Origin: Planctomycetota bacterium
GTDB taxonomy: Bacteria > Planctomycetota > UBA1135 > UBA2386
NCBI GenBank assembly: GCA_965223545.1
Contig: OZ245006.1
Span: 3,936,001 to 4,000,000, forward strand
Reading direction: 5' to 3'
DNA length: 64,000 nt
In this document: piece after piece, positions 44,007 through 53,235 of the stretch
Position numbering within the stretch: the stretch's first letter is position 1
How the letters are laid out: each line of letters opens with the position of its first letter
The notes under the pieces: model-generated
Databases searched by the model: none
What the model saw: only the letters and a program-made list of their open reading frames with translations
What the model was told of the DNA's origin: nothing
Made by a program: the position numbers and the translations under genes

Positions 44007-45836
44007 TCACTTGGGAGCGATGACGTCGATGGACTCGCCCGGCGCCACGATGGCCGAGGCGACCGGCCGCAGGGCGGCCTGTAGCTCGAACACCTGCTCC
44101 AGCGATACGCGGCCGTCCGCGCCCGGGAAGCGCGCGCTGTCCAAGACGCGATCGAAGACCACCCGCCGCGGCGCCAAGCGCTGGACCACGGCCCGCCCCG
44201 CCGGATGCTGCGCCGACAGGATCAGCAGATCGACCGTCGCATCGCCCACCACCGCCCGCACCTGATCGGCGGTGGTCGACTCGGCCGAGTGCACGATGAT
44301 CGGCCCCTCGGGCCACTGGATGACGTAGCCGGCGGTGGGCGGCACCCGATCGCCCGCCGTCTCGCCGATGGGAGTGACGGCGAGCCCGGCCAAGTCGTAG
44401 GTCTGCCCCAGCTTGACCAGGGGCGTTGCCGACGCCGCCACTCCGGGCACGTGAAACACCTGGTGCAGCAGCACACCGCGGTTGGAGGTCGCCATCCGCA
44501 ACAGCGCTTGATCGCTCCGGCGCGTGATGTCGTGCGGACTGGTCAACAGGGCGAACTCGAGTGCTCCCCACAGCAGCTCGGCGACTCCGTCACCGGCGGG
44601 ATCGATCGCCAAGTTGACGCGCTCGCTGCGCAGCAGCCAACCGCCGCTGGGCAAACGGAAGACGCGCACTCCCTGCTCCACCGGCTCGGCGGCGCGGCGG
44701 GCCAGGGACTCGACCACGTGCCCCCAGAAGAACGGCAGACCGACCGCCGCCATGCCGGCGACCTCGCGCCGCATGCGACGCGCCACGCGGTGGTGGTACT
44801 CGAGAAAGTCGACGCGCGGGAAGCTGGCTGCGTGGTGCTCGAGCTCCTCCAGCCGCGCCAGCCGTTCTTCGCCCAGCGCCATCGCGGGCGCGGGCGAATC
44901 CGCACCGACGAACACGGGCTCGGTCTGCCGCAAGCGCTCGAAGAACCGCACCCAGAACGCCTGGCCGGGCACCGCGTCTCCGGCCTGCGGCGCGGGTGAC
45001 GGAAACTCCGGCAGCTCGTCGACGCCGTCGAGATCACCGGCCAGCATGATCGAGCCGAACAGGCCGGGGTCGATGCGCGGCCCGGTGCCGAAGGTCCAAC
45101 CGATCCGCGTCTGCGGAACGGGGTCGGTGGGTTCGTCGTAGTCGCTGACGACCACCTGCAGATCGAACACGTCGCCGCGCTGCGCGGTGCGTCCCACCGG
45201 CAGGATCTCCTTCCACGGCAAGCGGGCCTCGTACGTAGTGATGCCGCGATCGGCATCGCGCACGATCGCCGTCGAGGCGCCCTCCGCGTAGCGCGCCGTG
45301 CCGCGCAGCCGGTCCCACTGCACCACGAGCCGATCCTGGCCATCCACGTCGGCGAGCCAGAATTCGCGATCCTCCACCCGCCCCGGGTCGGCGCCGATCG
45401 CCCGCGTGTCCCGCTCCGGGTCGAATGACACCATCACGTTGTCGGCGGGCGGGATCTCCGAGAGGCGGGGCGTCTCGGCGGCGAGTCGGACGTGCCAGTC
45501 GTCGCGCACCACGATGGCGAGATACAGGTCTTCTTCGTCCCACAGCAGGAACACTCGGGCGGCGAGGTCCTGCTTGCCACGCCAGGCGCCCATCGCGGTG
45601 CCCGACAGCTGGCGGCCATCGTCCAGGACCAACGGCGGCGCCGGCGGCCAGTCCTGCAGAGCGCCGTCCACGACGATGCGGCGGTCGACGCGCTCCTTGA
45701 CCAGCGCCCGGGGCACCGCCATCGGCTCGATGCGCTGTTCGTCTTCGGGTTTCGCCGCGGGCGTTCCCTCCTGACCGGGGGCTCCGGCAGCCAACGCGGC
45801 CACCAGTCCGAATGTCGCGGGACCGGAACGGATCAT
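44007..45836 (-). CDS. Secreted CBM9/DOMON-like sugar-binding domain fused to a degenerate metallo-beta-lactamase-like domain
   Basis: ATGA overlap; signal peptide; 'VDG.L.DW', 'LWDEEDLYLA..V.DD', 'YEARLPW'; C-terminal 'GWLL......AIDP', 'GYVI......IVHSAES'. Confidence 0.65.
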   Translation of the reverse strand: MIRSGPATFGLVAALAAGAPGQEGTPAAKPEDEQRIEPMAVPRALVKERVDRRIVVDGALQDWPPAPPLVLDDGRQLSGTAMGAWRGKQDLAARVFLLWDEEDLYLAIVVRDDWHVRLAAETPRLSEIPPADNVMVSFDPERDTRAIGADPGRVEDREFWLADVDGQDRLVVQWDRLRGTARYAEGASTAIVRDADRGITTYEARLPWKEILPVGRTAQRGDVFDLQVVVSDYDEPTDPVPQTRIGWTFGTGPRIDPGLFGSIMLAGDLDGVDELPEFPSPAPQAGDAVPGQAFWVRFFERLRQTEPVFVGADSPAPAMALGEERLARLEELEHHAASFPRVDFLEYHHRVARRMRREVAGMAAVGLPFFWGHVVESLARRAAEPVEQGVRVFRLPSGGWLLRSERVNLAIDPAGDGVAELLWGALEFALLTSPHDITRRSDQALLRMATSNRGVLLHQVFHVPGVAASATPLVKLGQTYDLAGLAVTPIGETAGDRVPPTAGYVIQWPEGPIIVHSAESTTADQVRAVVGDATVDLLILSAQHPAGRAVVQRLAPRRVVFDRVLDSARFPGADGRVSLEQVFELQAALRPVASAIVAPGESIDVIAPK

Positions 45837-46339
45837 GACTTCTGCATTCGTCGCAAGGAGAGGTAGTTGATCACCGCGTGCGCCACGGTCACCGAGAGCA
45901 GCCCGCAGCCGAGCTCGATCATCCAACCGAACAGTATCCCGATGACCAGCGCCAACGCGCTCCACAGCCGTGTGCCCTTGGGTCCGGTGTGCAGCACTCC
46001 GAAGAGCACCGCCGTGGGCCATAGTCCGAAGGCATCCTGCATGGCGAGGCGGAACATGAACTCCTCACCGATGGCGGACGCCAGCGCCAAGACGGTGATC
46101 TGGGTCTCGGAGAGCGGCCCGATGAACTCGGCGAGTCGGGCCTGTAGCCGGGCAACCGGTGGGGAGTAACGCTCGAGGCTCCACAAAGCTCCGCTGACGC
46201 CCAGCGCCGCGGCGATTCCCCATGCCATCGACAGCAAGAGCCCGTCCGGCCCCGCCGCGCTGGGCCCGATGATGCCGGTCCGGTCGCGCAACCACAGCCA
46301 GAACCACGCCGCGGCGACGAAGCCGGCGTAGGTGATCAC
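45833..46339 (-). CDS. CPBP (Abi/CAAX-like) intramembrane glutamic endopeptidase
   Basis: 'EEFMFR', 'FGVLH', 'AHAVIN' motifs with TM helices; start may lie slightly upstream. Confidence 0.92.
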   Translation of the reverse strand: MITYAGFVAAAWFWLWLRDRTGIIGPSAAGPDGLLLSMAWGIAAALGVSGALWSLERYSPPVARLQARLAEFIGPLSETQITVLALASAIGEEFMFRLAMQDAFGLWPTAVLFGVLHTGPKGTRLWSALALVIGILFGWMIELGCGLLSVTVAHAVINYLSLRRMQKS

Positions 46340-46380
46340 CGCGGCGACGGCCAGAACGCCCCCCGGCGGCCCGTCGTCGT

Positions 46381-47727
46381 CTACCGCAGCCAGCGCACCC
46401 TCCTGGGGGGCGCCACGATCGCCACCGGCTGCCCCACGAGATCGCCCTCGGGATAGGTGCGTCCCGTCCGCGAGTCACGACTGTCGCGGCTGTTGTCGCC
46501 CAGCAAGAACATGCCGCCCGGCGGCAACTCCAGCCAATCGCGCCCCCCCGCCGCCGGGACCCCCAACGGCTGATGGAACAGGTCGTGGAACGTCCGCAGG
46601 GCAGTGATCTCGACCCCACCGCCCGCGGCGGCGATGTGCAGGAGGTTGGGCGTGCACTTGTCGCCGAACCGGGACGGCGGCGGCCCGGCGGTCTCCAACT
46701 CCAGCGCCCAGTGGACCAACAGGGTGTCGTCCGCGATCAGGAACAAGCGGCCGTCCAGATAGCCGTACACCAGCCGAACCGGATCGGCACCGAGCGACGG
46801 ACCCCTCCCGGGCGCCGCGGCGGGGTCCGCGCCGGGCCTCCAGACCTCCCCCATCCGCCGGACCTCGACTGCGCCATCCGAGCCGTACTCGAAGGTGAAA
46901 TAGGTCTCGTGATATTCCAGCACCAGGAGCAGCCCGCGGCAGTCGGCAGCGGCGCGGATCGTGAGCTCCATTCCAATATCACGGTGTAAGGAGTAGACAC
47001 CGTCTCGTTCGCCGGCGTGGTCGAGATATGTCGTATCGACCGGCCGCGCGGTACTGAGAAACCCGGGCAGATAGCGATCCGGCGGAGCCGCGCGCCGACG
47101 GGCTTCCTGCGCGGAGGCCGTCGTGCGCTCCACCAACCCCGCTGTGCGCGGCGCGCCCGCTTCCAGCTGCACCACGCCGCGCTCGCGGTCGGCACGCCAA
47201 GAACCGGTGTCGGCGAAGTAGTCCTCGATCCGCTCGGCGCCGAGCTCGGGGTACGCGAAGTGGGTGACCCGCATGTCGTCGGCCGCCAGCGGGTCCTTGA
47301 CGTGAATCCTCAGGGTTTGGCCGGTCGCGCCGAGCTCGAGATCGCCCGCCCGGATCCGCACACAACGGAGACGATCATCGCCCCACGCCACGAGGCGTTT
47401 GACCAGGTGGCCGGCGCCGCCGTCCGCCGGGCCGCGCACCACGACCAAGTCATAGCGAGCGGGCCGGGTGAACCAGTACGCCGTCTTGTCGACGAGCACC
47501 AGGTCGCCGCCGTCGGTCGCGCCGTGGAGCAGGGGCTCCATACTGCGACTCGGGATCGTGTACCACTGACAGACGTGCGACCGCAGCAGATACGCGGTCG
47601 CGAAGCCGATGACGATTACCGGCAGCAGGAGGCGGCGTACGCGGCCGGCAGCGGGCGCGCACCGCCTGGCGGGCGGCCCGCGCCAGAGCAACTCTGCGCG
47701 GGCCGCGATCGCCGCGTGTACATCCAC
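46381..47727 (-). CDS. lepB: Signal peptidase I (long form with large insertion)
   Basis: TM anchor; 'IPSRSMEP.L.G' (catalytic Ser), 'LVKRL' (catalytic Lys), 'LGDNS.DS.DSR'. Confidence 0.9.
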   Translation of the reverse strand: MDVHAAIAARAELLWRGPPARRCAPAAGRVRRLLLPVIVIGFATAYLLRSHVCQWYTIPSRSMEPLLHGATDGGDLVLVDKTAYWFTRPARYDLVVVRGPADGGAGHLVKRLVAWGDDRLRCVRIRAGDLELGATGQTLRIHVKDPLAADDMRVTHFAYPELGAERIEDYFADTGSWRADRERGVVQLEAGAPRTAGLVERTTASAQEARRRAAPPDRYLPGFLSTARPVDTTYLDHAGERDGVYSLHRDIGMELTIRAAADCRGLLLVLEYHETYFTFEYGSDGAVEVRRMGEVWRPGADPAAAPGRGPSLGADPVRLVYGYLDGRLFLIADDTLLVHWALELETAGPPPSRFGDKCTPNLLHIAAAGGGVEITALRTFHDLFHQPLGVPAAGGRDWLELPPGGMFLLGDNSRDSRDSRTGRTYPEGDLVGQPVAIVAPPRRVRWLR

Positions 47728-47746
47728 AGACGAAGAGAACGGTGCC

Positions 47747-48139
47747 TCAGAGGACCCGGTCGATCATCTCTCGGACGCGCTCGAGAGTCGCGCGCAGCTG
47801 CGCGTTCTCCTTGCTGGTGGCGTTCATCATGCCCACGAGCTCCTGCACGGCGGCCGCGGCATCGCCACCACTGCTACGACGCGCGGCGGTGCGCGGCGCG
47901 TGCTTGCGCGGACGGCCGGGACCGCGCTTGGCGGCCGCCTTCTTGCGCGCCTTGCCCTGGCCCCTGGGAGCGGTCTTGACCAAGCCCAGCAGCGACTTCG
48001 CGCGGCCGAACATGATCGGATAGATCGTGACGCGCTTCTTGTCCGCCTTTTCCTTCAGATCTCTGTACTCGGCGTGCTTGTTCTTTTTGAGTTCCTCGAG
48101 GAGGAAGTCCATTCCGGCTTTGGTCTTCTTGCTAGCCAT
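47747..48139 (-). CDS. Small Lys/Arg-rich protein with AT-hook-like motif (putative nucleoid-associated protein)
   Basis: 'KKAAAKRGPGRPRK'; N-terminal helical domain shared with 43433-43849; coiled-coil-like C-terminus. Confidence 0.85.
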   Translation of the reverse strand: MASKKTKAGMDFLLEELKKNKHAEYRDLKEKADKKRVTIYPIMFGRAKSLLGLVKTAPRGQGKARKKAAAKRGPGRPRKHAPRTAARRSSGGDAAAAVQELVGMMNATSKENAQLRATLERVREMIDRVL

Positions 48140-48662
48140 TTCGTGTTGGTTGCTCGGGTGAAAGAGGAACGCGGAGTGGAACAGAAGCGAGGACGAGCAG
48201 CAAGCAAATGCAGGTCATATGCACACAAACAGGCGGTGGATTCCGTTGCTCTTGCCGGCCTTTGCCGGTCACAGACTCGCAGGCATTGGATCACACTTGC
48301 CCCGATTACAATCGCAAGACAATCCCGCGCAAATGGACCGGCCGGGCCACCCGGGGTCGGGGCGCGGATCGGTGCTGCCGGTCGCGCGCGACGGCGCTCG
48401 ACGCGGACCCGGTACCGAGCTGCCGGGTCAGGCGGGTGCGCCGCTGCGCCCCCGCGCGAATCAGGTAAAAATGCCTCGGTCTGGCCAGCGGCGGCGGGGC
48501 CTGATCGCGCTGCGTCCTTGCCGTGCAACGGGTTCCACGAGCGTGGAAAAAAGTCCCGGAACCGCGGCGGCAACGGTGCCTTGCGCGACTCCGCCGCGGG
48601 TCGGATCATGGCTCGGCTCCAGTCGGCGCTATCCTTGCTTAGCATCGAAATTGTAGGCACTT

Positions 48663-49802
48663 ATGAAGACCACCAAGAGAGTTGAAGCGCTGCGTCGGTT
48701 GCTCGACCTGTGCGACGACCTGCGGCGCATCCGGCATCGCATGAGCGATCCCGATCTCCGTCGCGACGCACGCGCGCGGCTGCGGCGCGAGAGCGCGCGC
48801 AAGAGTGAGTCCCTTGCTCGTGATTTCGGTGCCTACCGCTACCGCGGCCCGCTCGGTCGCATGCTGCGCGAGTGCAAGCTCAACACCGAGCACTTTCAGG
48901 TGTTGGCGACGCTGCTGCAGGCCCACCTGCGTGAAGACGAGCCCGCGTGTCAGGGACGACACATTCTCTCGGCGGTGTTCGACACGTCGTTCGACGTGTT
49001 GTCCGGAGTGCATCTCTTGCACGAGACCAGCCCGCTGCGCACCAGCGGACTGGTGGTGCTCGCCTTCGACGAAGAGGAGGTGAGCGACGACGTGCTCGAG
49101 GCCAGCTTCCGACTGTCGGACGACGTGCTTTCCACATTCCGCGACGAGGTGCACGGCGGCACTCCCGAGGATCGCCGTCGGCCGCGCCGGCTCGAGTACG
49201 GCAACAACCGCGACTTCCTGCTCGACTTGCGCATTCTCCACAACCTCTACCAGCTGCGCTGCGAACGAGTTTTCAACAGCGACCGGTGGAATCGTGTCCA
49301 CAACATCAGTCGCGATCCCGGCCACGCGGTGACGCAGCGGATCGAGGCCTTCTGGGCGCGGCTCCGCACCAGGCTCGACGCCACCCCCGGCGCCGCCGAG
49401 TTCCCGGTCGTGCGTTTCATGACCGAACACGGCCTCGAGGAGGAGGAGACGGTAATCGTCGTCCACCTGCTGTTCCGCGAGCTGTACGAGGGCAACGCCT
49501 ACACCGACGCCGCGGAGCTGCTCAAGCTGGTCAGCGCGAGCGAGAGCGACCTGATTCGCAACCGCCGCCTGTTCCACAAGAGCGGCAGCCTCGTCAGCCA
49601 CGAGATCCTCGAGCTGGAGCCGATGCTGGAGTCCCGGGAGATGACCGCCGAGGTGCATCTGGCCGATTGGGCCGTCAACTCCGTGCTCGGCAACTCCGCG
49701 GCCGAGCGCGAGATCCAGCCCGACGAGCGGCTGGACTGGCACTTCTACTTGAAGAATCTCGAGGACACCGGCGCGTTCTATCGCGACCTGGACGCCAACT
49801 GA
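48663..49802 (+). CDS. Hypothetical protein with an internal duplication resembling N-terminal helical domains of AAA ATPases; no P-loop
   Basis: Two similar units: 'PL.RM....KL..EH..VL..LL...LLH..SPL..SGLV' and 'PV.RF....GL..EE..IV..LL...LFH..GSL....IL'; coding-like composition. Confidence 0.75.
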   Translation: MKTTKRVEALRRLLDLCDDLRRIRHRMSDPDLRRDARARLRRESARKSESLARDFGAYRYRGPLGRMLRECKLNTEHFQVLATLLQAHLREDEPACQGRHILSAVFDTSFDVLSGVHLLHETSPLRTSGLVVLAFDEEEVSDDVLEASFRLSDDVLSTFRDEVHGGTPEDRRRPRRLEYGNNRDFLLDLRILHNLYQLRCERVFNSDRWNRVHNISRDPGHAVTQRIEAFWARLRTRLDATPGAAEFPVVRFMTEHGLEEEETVIVVHLLFRELYEGNAYTDAAELLKLVSASESDLIRNRRLFHKSGSLVSHEILELEPMLESREMTAEVHLADWAVNSVLGNSAAEREIQPDERLDWHFYLKNLEDTGAFYRDLDAN

Positions 49803-51097
49803 TCCAGACGCGCGTGCAGCGCGCGCAGGCCGTCGACGAGCCGCTCCTGGGGGACGAACAGCTGCAGAGCCATGCCGGTGGCGCTGGTGGCGACGCCCCG
49901 CAGGCCGACGCCTGCCGATCGCAGCGTGCCGGTGGCCCATGCCGCGACCTGCGCATCGCGGCCGGCCGCGGCGCCGACCAGCCCGATCGTCGCGTCCTCT
50001 TCGACGGAAACGGTCTCCGCGACCTCCGCCAACTCCGCCAGGACCCCGTCGCCCAGCTCGGTCGCGGTGCTCAACGCAACCGCACCGAGCGCCAGTGAGA
50101 TGCGATCGACGACCACCCCGTGGCGGTGGGCGAGCGCCAGCAAGCGCCCCAGTGGATCGCCATCGCCGCGGATTCCAGCCAGACGCACCGTCGCGACGTG
50201 CGGCTGATGCGCGATGGCGCAGACGGCGCGCCCGGCCGAACCCGGGGTCGGCGTGAGGGTTGTCCCCGCCGCGGCCGGCCGCAGCGCGTTGCGGACCCGC
50301 AGCGGAATCCCGGCGCGCATCGCGGGCTCGAGCGTCGACGGGTGCAGCACGCGACCACCCCAGCGCGCCAGCTCGACCGCCTCGCCATAGCCGAGCTCGG
50401 CGATGCAGCCGGCGTCGGGGACCAGGCGCGGGTCGGCCGACATCACGCCGTCGACGTGCTTCCAGATCTGGATCTCGTCCACCGACAGCGCCTCGCCGAA
50501 CAGGGCGGCTGAAAAGTCCGAGCCGTTGCGACCCAGCGTCGTGACGTTGCCGGCGTCGTCGGCGCCGATGAAACCGGTGACCACCGGCGTCGACGCCAAG
50601 CCGGCGAAGAACGCGGCGATTCGACCGTCGTCCGCGCGCGGGCGCGCCCGACCAAACGTGCCGTCGGTGCGCAGTCCCGCCTCGCCCGCGTCGACCGCGG
50701 CCGCTGCCACACCGCGCGCCGACAGCGCCGCCGCCACGACCCGTGCCGAACAACGCTCGCCGTAGCTCAGCAGCTGGTCCATCAACCGGGGCGAGAGCCG
50801 GCCGACCATCCCGATCGCCGCCAAGAGCTCGCCCAACTCGCCCAGCAGCGGGTCGAGGAGGTCGGCGGACAGCCCGAGATCCGCCAGCAACTCTCGATGG
50901 CGCTGGCGGATCGCGTCGATGTCCGCGCTGCCCCCAGCCGCCCGGTGGCCGGCCTCGACCAACAAGTCGGTGACGCCAGCGTGGGCCGAGACCACGACCA
51001 CGGGCCGGCGGTCGAGCTCGGCCCGAATCAGATCGAGTACGCCGCGCACGGCCTCGCCGCTGCCGAGCGAGGCACCTCCGAACTTCATTACGATCAC
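49778..51097 (-). CDS. lysC: Aspartate kinase
   Basis: 'VMKFGG.S', 'VVVVSA..GVTD.L', 'S.GER.S', 'VTGFIG', 'TTLGRNGSDFSA', 'VDGV.SADPR', 'VLHP'. Confidence 0.95.
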   Translation of the reverse strand: MIVMKFGGASLGSGEAVRGVLDLIRAELDRRPVVVVSAHAGVTDLLVEAGHRAAGGSADIDAIRQRHRELLADLGLSADLLDPLLGELGELLAAIGMVGRLSPRLMDQLLSYGERCSARVVAAALSARGVAAAAVDAGEAGLRTDGTFGRARPRADDGRIAAFFAGLASTPVVTGFIGADDAGNVTTLGRNGSDFSAALFGEALSVDEIQIWKHVDGVMSADPRLVPDAGCIAELGYGEAVELARWGGRVLHPSTLEPAMRAGIPLRVRNALRPAAAGTTLTPTPGSAGRAVCAIAHQPHVATVRLAGIRGDGDPLGRLLALAHRHGVVVDRISLALGAVALSTATELGDGVLAELAEVAETVSVEEDATIGLVGAAAGRDAQVAAWATGTLRSAGVGLRGVATSATGMALQLFVPQERLVDGLRALHARLDQLASRSR

Positions 51098-51150
51098 GCG
51101 TCCAAGTCCTATTCGTCCGCTGCCCGGCGGGTCGCGCGCACCACGCGGCT

Positions 51151-52386
51151 ATGATTCGCAGCATGGAGCCTATCGAGGAACTGATCTACGACTGGAACCG
51201 CCCGGACGGCGGTGCGCCAGAGATCTCCGGCATCGAGTTCGACGACGAAACCCTCCGCGACGGTCTCCAGTCGCCCTCGGTCTCCGATCCGTCGATCGAG
51301 CAGAAGCTCGAGCTCTTGCACCTGATGGACGCGCTCGGCATCCAGACCGCCGACGTCGGTCTGCCCGGCGCGGGCGGGCGACCGCGAGAGGACATCCTCC
51401 GCATGACTCGGGAGATCGCCGATGCCAAGCTCCGCATCCGGCCCAACGTCGCTTGCCGGACGGTGGTCAGCGATATCGAGCCCGTGGTCGAGATCACGCA
51501 GCAGACCGGCATCCCGGTCGAGGTTTGCGCGTTCATCGGCAGCAGCAGCATCCGGCAGTATGCCGAGGACTGGACGTTGGAGCGGATGCTCCAGCACACG
51601 CGCGAGGCACTGCGCTTCTGCCGCGACCACGATCTGCCGGTGATGTACGTCACCGAAGACACCACCCGCGCCCACCCCGACACCCTGCGCGCGCTGTATT
51701 CGGAGGCCCTCGAGCTGGGTGCCCGGCGCCTCTGCGTCTGCGACACGGTCGGCCACTCGACGCCGCGTGGAGCGCGGGCTGTGGTCGGCTTCGTCAAGGA
51801 GCTCGCCGCGCAGCACGACCCGACGGTGAAGATCGACTGGCACGGGCACCGCGACCGGGACCTCGGCATCGCCAACTGCCTGGCCGCCGTCGAAGCCGGC
51901 GCGCAGCGCATCCACGCCACGGCGCTGGGCATCGGCGAACGCGCCGGCAACGCGCCCATGGACCTGTTGCTGGTCAACTGCCGGCTGCTGGGCTGGATCG
52001 ACAACGACCTGAGCAAGCTGCCCGAGTACGTCCGGGCGGCAGCGGACGCGGTCGGAGTGAGCATCCCGCACAACTATCCGGTCGTGGGCGACGACGCCTT
52101 CGAGACCGGCACCGGGGTGCATGCGGCAGCGGTGATCAAGGCCTTCCGCAAAGGCGACGCGGCGCTCGCCGATGCGGTCTACAGCGGTGTGCCGGCGCAT
52201 CTCGTCGGCCTCGAGCAGAACATCCGCATCGGCCCGATGAGCGGTCGCTCCAACGTCGTCTGGGTGCTGGAGAAGCTCGGCCTCGAAGTCACCGACGCCC
52301 GGGTGGAGCGCGTGCTCGCCGCCGGCAAGCAGAGCAAGCGACTGCTGCGAGACGACGACGTGCGGCGCGTCGCGATCGCGGACTGA
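51151..52386 (+). CDS. DRE-TIM (LeuA/homocitrate synthase-like) Claisen condensing enzyme lacking the regulatory domain
   Basis: 'DETLRDG.QSP', 'EDTTRA', 'CDTVG', 'HGH.D', 'GIGERAGN', 'G.MSGRSN'. Start may be 51163. Confidence 0.92.
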   Translation: MIRSMEPIEELIYDWNRPDGGAPEISGIEFDDETLRDGLQSPSVSDPSIEQKLELLHLMDALGIQTADVGLPGAGGRPREDILRMTREIADAKLRIRPNVACRTVVSDIEPVVEITQQTGIPVEVCAFIGSSSIRQYAEDWTLERMLQHTREALRFCRDHDLPVMYVTEDTTRAHPDTLRALYSEALELGARRLCVCDTVGHSTPRGARAVVGFVKELAAQHDPTVKIDWHGHRDRDLGIANCLAAVEAGAQRIHATALGIGERAGNAPMDLLLVNCRLLGWIDNDLSKLPEYVRAAADAVGVSIPHNYPVVGDDAFETGTGVHAAAVIKAFRKGDAALADAVYSGVPAHLVGLEQNIRIGPMSGRSNVVWVLEKLGLEVTDARVERVLAAGKQSKRLLRDDDVRRVAIAD

Positions 52387-52582
52387 AAACCGCGCCCGGC
52401 ACCCGGCCACCGCTGCTGGAGTGGTGGACGCGATGCCATCGCGGGCTCGGGGGGCTCCCTCCGGCCGGGGCACCCAGTGCGTCCGCGCGGTCACCCCCCA
52501 GCCGTGACGCTGTGGTCAAGCTGCGCCCGGACGACGGCCGATAGGCCTGCCCAGGACCGCCCGTGCGGAAGAGGAACCCAGG

Positions 52583-52942
52583 ATGACCGAACCGATCGAC
52601 ATGGCCGTCGTCGAAGAGCTGCTCTCGCTGTCGGACGAAGGCGATCCGGAGCTGCTCGTGGACTTGATCCAGATGTACTTGCAGGACGGCCCCAACAAGC
52701 TGCGCGAGATCGTCGAGGGCCTCGAGACCCAGGACTACGATCGGGTGGAGCGCGCGGCGCACTCGCTGAAGGGGGCCGCCGGCAACCTCGGGGCGATCCA
52801 CGTGCAGGAGGACTGCGAGGTCCTGCAGAACGCCAGCCGCGATCACCAGCTGCAGACCGTGCAGCAGGGCGTCGCCAGTCTCCGCGGCCACTTCCAAGAG
52901 GCCGAGACCGCGCTACAGCAGCTGCTCAACAAGTACCGCTGA
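52583..52942 (+). CDS. Stand-alone HPt (histidine phosphotransfer) protein
   Basis: 'AAHSLKGAAGNLGA' motif in an all-helical 119-aa protein. Confidence 0.95.
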   Translation: MTEPIDMAVVEELLSLSDEGDPELLVDLIQMYLQDGPNKLREIVEGLETQDYDRVERAAHSLKGAAGNLGAIHVQEDCEVLQNASRDHQLQTVQQGVASLRGHFQEAETALQQLLNKYR

Positions 52943-52946
52943 CCAA

Positions 52947-53174
52947 CTATGACGCGGTCGCGTCACCCGCCACGGCATCGTCGGCGGTGACGTAGTCCGC
53001 GGGCTTGCCGCGGTACTGACAGCGGTGGCACTTGTGGTAGAACTCGCGCTGCCGCTTCAGGCAGAGGCTCACGCCGATGGTGTGCGCAATCAGCGGCCGC
53101 ACGTCGCCCGGCTGGGTCGGGCACTGACGAACGCGAACCCCCGTGGGGCGCGCCGTCTCGCTGGAATCGGTCAT
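52947..53174 (-). CDS. Small Cys/His-rich hypothetical protein (75 aa), possible metal binder
   Basis: 'QCP...SLCL.RQ...YHKCHRC.YRG'; fills the gap downstream of the co-directional isomerase gene. Confidence 0.65.
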   Translation of the reverse strand: MTDSSETARPTGVRVRQCPTQPGDVRPLIAHTIGVSLCLKRQREFYHKCHRCQYRGKPADYVTADDAVAGDATAS

Positions 53175-53235
53175 TGCGTTTGCACCGGGTGATGCCCGCG
53201 ATCGGCGCGCGACGATAGTCGCTGGCGCCCGCGGA

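Noticed and set aside
48140..48662. 520-bp intergenic region as ncRNA or hidden gene
   Set aside because: No convincing ORF, terminator or known RNA motif; most simply a divergent promoter region.
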